A stretch of 64,000 nt of DNA from positions 24,373 through 88,372 of the forward strand of contig JBAXFJ010000002.1 in the NCBI GenBank assembly GCA_037139975.1. The letters are read 5' to 3'. Source of the DNA: a bacterium (GTDB lineage: Bacteria; Patescibacteriota; Minisyncoccia; Phycocordibacterales; SBAW01). Position numbers and translations under genes: made by a program. The notes beneath the pieces are model-generated. The model worked only from the letters and a program-made list of their open reading frames with translations. It had not been told where the DNA came from and did not search any database. Below are positions 60,199 to 64,000 of this stretch, one piece after another. Positions within the stretch are counted from its first letter, which is position 1. Each line of letters begins with the position of its first letter.

Positions 60199-61275
60199 AT
60201 GCCACAGACAATAGAGACCAAAAACAAGGGCGGAAAAGACTTAGAAGGGAAGACAGGCTTTCGCCCCAAGGTTATCGTCAAAAAGCTCCTCAGCACCCTC
60301 CCAGAGCGCTCAAAAGCCGTTCTGGAGTCGCGTTTTGGGCTTGGGGTCACTCCTGAGCGCATCACACTCGAGGCTATTGGTAAGCGCTACTCGATTACTC
60401 GCGAGCGTGTCCGTCAGATAGAAAACCACGCGCTCACAAGTCTCAAAAAGGCGCCTGCCTTTGCCGAAGCACACGCTGCGTTTAATGAGCTTGAAAGCGT
60501 TATCGAGTCACTTGGTGGCATTGTCTGCGAAGATGACTTGCTTAGCTTTATGACTAAAGACAAGTCGATGCAGAATCACATCTACTTTCTCCTAGTTCTG
60601 GGCGATCCATTTAAATATGAGAAGGAAGATGACGAAACTGAGCGTTGTTGGTATGTCGACACCGAGCTCGCAGGCAAGGTCCAGGAAGCGCTCAAAACAC
60701 TCTACAAGAGCCTCTCAGACGAAGAATTGATCCCTGAAGGCGAAATGATCGACCGCTTCCTCAAAGAGCTCCAGACGGTTAACAGCAAATACAAAAACGA
60801 AGAGGTATTGCGTCGCTGGCTCTCTATCTCAAAAAATATCGGCAAGAATCCGCTGGGCGAATGGGGTCATGCTGACTCGCCAAACGTGAAGACCAAGGGC
60901 GTGCGTGACTTTGCCTACTTGGCCGTCAAAAAGCATGGCAGTCCGCTCCATTTCCGCGAAGTTGCAACGTTGATACAAAAAATGTTCAACCGCACCGCCC
61001 ACGTCGCCACCACTCACAATGAATTGATCAAAGATGACCGTTTCGTGCTTGTTGGTCGCGGGATGTATGCGCTCAAAGAGTGGGGCTACACTTCGGGTGT
61101 GGTGCGCGACGTGGTCCGTGAAGTGTTGCGCAAGACAGGTCCTCTCACCAAAGACGAAATAATTGAAAAAGTTCTCAAAGAGCGCCACGTCAAGCCAGGC
61201 ACCATCATTGTGAATCTCCAAAATCAAAAGTATTTCAAAAAGGGCAAAGACAACAAGTTCACAGTCGTTAAGTAA
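60199..61275 (+). CDS. sigma-70 region-4 domain protein fused to a C-terminal HARE-HTH (RNAP delta-subunit-like) domain
   Basis: The N-terminus ERSKAVLESRFGL...LEAIGKRYSITRERVRQIENHALTSL is a sigma region 4 HTH. The C-terminus DFAYLAVKKHGSPLHFREVATLIQ...DDRFVLVGRGMYAL matches HARE-HTH. Confidence 0.6.
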   Translation: MPQTIETKNKGGKDLEGKTGFRPKVIVKKLLSTLPERSKAVLESRFGLGVTPERITLEAIGKRYSITRERVRQIENHALTSLKKAPAFAEAHAAFNELESVIESLGGIVCEDDLLSFMTKDKSMQNHIYFLLVLGDPFKYEKEDDETERCWYVDTELAGKVQEALKTLYKSLSDEELIPEGEMIDRFLKELQTVNSKYKNEEVLRRWLSISKNIGKNPLGEWGHADSPNVKTKGVRDFAYLAVKKHGSPLHFREVATLIQKMFNRTAHVATTHNELIKDDRFVLVGRGMYALKEWGYTSGVVRDVVREVLRKTGPLTKDEIIEKVLKERHVKPGTIIVNLQNQKYFKKGKDNKFTVVK

Positions 61276-61310
61276 GCGTCGTTACGTAAACCTTACACAA
61301 AATTGTGTAT

Positions 61311-61340
61311 AAAAATCCCGCCATATGGCGGGATTTTTAA
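61311..61340. terminator. bidirectional rho-independent terminator
   Basis: AAAA-ATCCCGCC-ATAT-GGCGGGAT-TTTT between convergent genes. Confidence 0.75.
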
Positions 61341-61693
61341 TGCCCCTTTGGGGCTGGGGGCAGTAACCACCACGCAAGCAGTTGCCAGATTGCGTACAAG
61401 GCGACAATGGTCTCGGTAAGCGGGATGTTTATTGGTGGACCCCCAAACAGGGCTGCCAGAGTTCGAATAGCGACCCAAAGCATGAACACATCCAGCATGA
61501 TGATCACACCCCAGATCGCGCGCAAGCGAGCGTCAGATAGGTGGTGGTCATGGTGGTCAATAGTAAAGAGATGCCCAGCCCCAGAAGAAAATCCGCGTAA
61601 AAAAATCAGAAAACCAAACGCCGCAACAAAACTCAGCACAAAACCGAGCGAATGAAGAGGGTGAAGTACTAAGTTGTATACAAAGTCGGCCAT
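61337..61693 (-). CDS. hypothetical small membrane protein (3-4 TM)
   Basis: 118-aa hydrophobic ORF. Confidence 0.4.
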   Translation of the reverse strand: MADFVYNLVLHPLHSLGFVLSFVAAFGFLIFLRGFSSGAGHLFTIDHHDHHLSDARLRAIWGVIIMLDVFMLWVAIRTLAALFGGPPINIPLTETIVALYAIWQLLAWWLLPPAPKGH

Positions 61694-61727
61694 AGCTTTT
61701 ATCTGTCGTGTATACTAAAAGCATACC

Positions 61728-63095
61728 ATGTTTTTGCATGACCGAGCGGGACAGGTGAAAGAATATTTGCACGGGTGGCTTCTTGAGGAGCTTGTCTTTG
61801 CGTTTTTTGGACTGGTTCTACTTGTTCCGGTTGCTTGGGCGTTCGACAAGGGGGCGGTCATCAGTGCGTGCATGGCGCTCATTGCAATGTCGCCTATTTG
61901 GCTTCCCGTATATCTCTTTAACTTTTTTTGGCTTTCGTGGATGCACTACATCCGCTACATATTTTGGTTTAGCCAAGAAAACGTGCTACTTGAGGTGCAG
62001 CTACCGCCCGAGGTTGAAAAATCTCCAAAAGCAATGGAGATGGTTTTAAACGCAATCCATAACGCGGGAGGGGAGGCAACGTTCATCGCCCGCATCTGGC
62101 GCGGAACCTACAGACCCATTTGGTCGTTTGAAATAGCCTGCAACGAAGGTCGTTTGGGTTTTTATATTCGCACCCCAAAAGGCTGGCGCAACATTCTTGA
62201 GGCGCGCATGTATGGTCAGTTTCCTGAAGCAAAGTTCATCGAAGTTGAGGACTATGCAGCGAAAGTGCCTTTCAACCTCAACGAATACAGCATCTTTGCC
62301 GCTGAATATAAAAAGAAAAAAGACATTGCCCACGCGCTCCCCATCAAAACGTACATAGACTTTGGACTCGACAAGGACCCAGACGAAGAGCTCAAAATCG
62401 ATCCGATCACAAACGTACTTGAACTGCTTGCACAGATTGGCAAGAATGAATATTTCTGGCTGCAATTTGTGGTGAAAGCGCGCAAAAAAGAGGAATGGTA
62501 CGGGTTTTATTTGTCTGGAAACAAGTTTATTGATGATGGTAAAAAAGAGATTGCTGCGATGATGGCTGGCGCAGCCGACCGAGCAAAGAAGCTTACCGCT
62601 GACCCAGTACTGCAGGCCCAGGCTGCCGCACGTGGTATGACACTTTTAACTCAAGCTGAGAAAGAACGGATGGAAAACATTGAACGTTCAATGTCGAAGC
62701 AAGTTTTCGAGTGTGGTATTCGCGTAGCATACTTGGCAAAGAAGGATAATTTTGTGGGCGTCAACGCTGGTGCGGTTGTGCGTTTCTTTGACACGTTTAA
62801 TGGAGAAACCCAAAACAACGGGCTGGGTGCGTCGCGTGGCTCGCCTGGCTATGATTTTCCTTGGCAAGATTGGAACCAGATGCGTCAAAATATCGAGCGA
62901 CGAAATATGTTCTTTCGCTACAAACACCGAGCTTTTTTCTACGTTCCCTATGAACAACAACCAGAGTTTTTAACCACTGAGGAATTGGCAACCTTGTGGC
63001 ACTTCCCAAGCTCAAGTGTCAAAACGCCTGGCCTCAACCGTGTGTCGTCTCGCCGCGCTGAAGCGCCCGCCAATCTGCCAACCTTGTCTGAATAA
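61728..63095 (+). CDS. hypothetical membrane-anchored protein (2 N-terminal TM + ~380-aa soluble domain)
   Basis: 455-aa ORF with no recognisable catalytic motif. Confidence 0.4.
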   Translation: MFLHDRAGQVKEYLHGWLLEELVFAFFGLVLLVPVAWAFDKGAVISACMALIAMSPIWLPVYLFNFFWLSWMHYIRYIFWFSQENVLLEVQLPPEVEKSPKAMEMVLNAIHNAGGEATFIARIWRGTYRPIWSFEIACNEGRLGFYIRTPKGWRNILEARMYGQFPEAKFIEVEDYAAKVPFNLNEYSIFAAEYKKKKDIAHALPIKTYIDFGLDKDPDEELKIDPITNVLELLAQIGKNEYFWLQFVVKARKKEEWYGFYLSGNKFIDDGKKEIAAMMAGAADRAKKLTADPVLQAQAAARGMTLLTQAEKERMENIERSMSKQVFECGIRVAYLAKKDNFVGVNAGAVVRFFDTFNGETQNNGLGASRGSPGYDFPWQDWNQMRQNIERRNMFFRYKHRAFFYVPYEQQPEFLTTEELATLWHFPSSSVKTPGLNRVSSRRAEAPANLPTLSE

Positions 63096-63112
63096 ACACA
63101 CTACAACCACCT

Positions 63113-64000
63113 ATGCATTTTAAACGCACCACGGACCCAGACACAACACATGACGACACCCAAGAAAAGCCTCTGGTTTTGGGTAGCAATGGCGCATGGT
63201 ACCAAGAATGGCTCGCATACGACCAGGCGCTACCAACCGCTTTTTTGTGTGGTGTTTTATTCTTCCTTGTCTATTTTTTAACATATGCGGCGCCCACAGA
63301 CTTTCCGACGGGGTCCTATGTAAAAATAGAGAGTGGACAAACCTATGCTCAAATAGCACACACGTTGAAAAACAAACATATTATTCGTTCAACATTTTTG
63401 TTTGAATTAACTGCAAAGCTATATCACGGAAAACCGAGTGTGACCGCGGGTGAATATTTCTTCTCAGGACCCGAAACAGTGCTGACGGTGGGAAAGCGTC
63501 TTGCTCGCGCCGACAGAGAGCTGACTTCCGTGCGCGTGACACTCCCTGAAGGAGTGAATACTAAAGAAATAGCTGTTATTCTTGCTAAAAAAATTCCTGA
63601 TTTCGACGCAGTTGCCTTTTTGCAAAAAGCGCAAAACAAAGAGGGGTATCTCTTTCCTGACACTTACTTTTTCTTACCAGGCGAAAACTCAGAAACCATT
63701 CTTGCTTCGCTTGAAACAAATTTTAAAAACCATGTAGATGACAGCGCTGTTGAGGAAACGCTCAGAAGTTTTGGCAAGCCGCTCAACCAGATTATTGCCA
63801 TGGCGTCGTTGTTGGAAAAAGAAGCAGCAGATTCACACAGCAGGCGCGTCATTGCGGGCATTTTGTGGAAACGCATAGCCATAGGTATGCCGCTCCAAGT
63901 TGACGCAGTATTCCCCTATATCCTTGGGAAAAACACCTTTCAATTGACCATAAGCGACCTCAAAATAGATTCACCATACAACACGTACACCAACAAAGGT
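63113..64000 (+). CDS. mltG: endolytic murein transglycosylase MltG/YceG, partial (continues past window end)
   Basis: Hand translation in frame from ATG 63113 is open to the window end. It contains YLFPDTYFF, LETNFKNH, the IAMASLLEKEA-like segment, RRVIAGILWKRIAIGMPLQVDA and DSPYNTY, all YceG/MltG hallmarks. Missing from the ORF track because it has no stop. Confidence 0.7.
   Translation, partial: MHFKRTTDPDTTHDDTQEKPLVLGSNGAWYQEWLAYDQALPTAFLCGVLFFLVYFLTYAAPTDFPTGSYVKIESGQTYAQIAHTLKNKHIIRSTFLFELTAKLYHGKPSVTAGEYFFSGPETVLTVGKRLARADRELTSVRVTLPEGVNTKEIAVILAKKIPDFDAVAFLQKAQNKEGYLFPDTYFFLPGENSETILASLETNFKNHVDDSAVEETLRSFGKPLNQIIAMASLLEKEAADSHSRRVIAGILWKRIAIGMPLQVDAVFPYILGKNTFQLTISDLKIDSPYNTYTNKG

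Overview
The window is a 64-kb bacterial chromosomal segment of moderate to high GC, packed with short genes. Most of it is a core of housekeeping genes on both strands. Identified by motif: zwf (partial), dprA, serS, dus, dnaX, dgkA, typA, rmuC, rplU, recR, dnaB, cysS, corA, ychF, leuS, mltG (partial), an MFS exporter, an S41 protease, an ABC-F ATPase, ABC transporter parts, an aldo/keto reductase and a FAD-linked oxidase. Small membrane proteins and a sigma-70 region-4 plus HARE-HTH protein hint at a small-genome, possibly CPR/Patescibacteria-like organism. That taxonomy is inference only.

The most notable region is an AT-rich, horizontally acquired island at roughly 17.5-29.2 kb next to an intact tRNA-Gln(UUG). 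It carries a complete Type I restriction-modification operon (XRE regulator, hsdM, hsdS, hsdR) with an uncharacterised 203-aa two-TM protein between hsdS and hsdR. The operon lies between two perfect inverted copies of a ~270-bp GC-rich element, which I call X. Each X copy abuts the 3' end of a large-serine-recombinase gene at a shared ...ggctg|tgtctcctg junction. One recombinase is full length, and its last codons overlap tRNA-Gln. One is N-terminally truncated. Two further copies of recombinase 3' ends exist as ~130-140-bp direct or inverted repeats. This looks like a recombinase-driven integrative or invertible module, and possibly a whole-operon inversion switch.

Second: leuS carries an in-frame ~160-aa Nudix-hydrolase domain with a perfect Nudix box, inserted at the C-terminal edge of the editing domain.

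Third: a bacterial SET-domain protein sits immediately beside tRNA-Gln.

Other points of interest: a degenerate tRNA-like sequence clasped by a perfect 15-16-bp inverted repeat, an RTX-like calcium-binding repeat protein with a frame-shifting 10-bp tandem repeat near its start, and a head-to-head pair of apparently 5'-truncated glycosyltransferase genes. No rRNA or CRISPR array was found.
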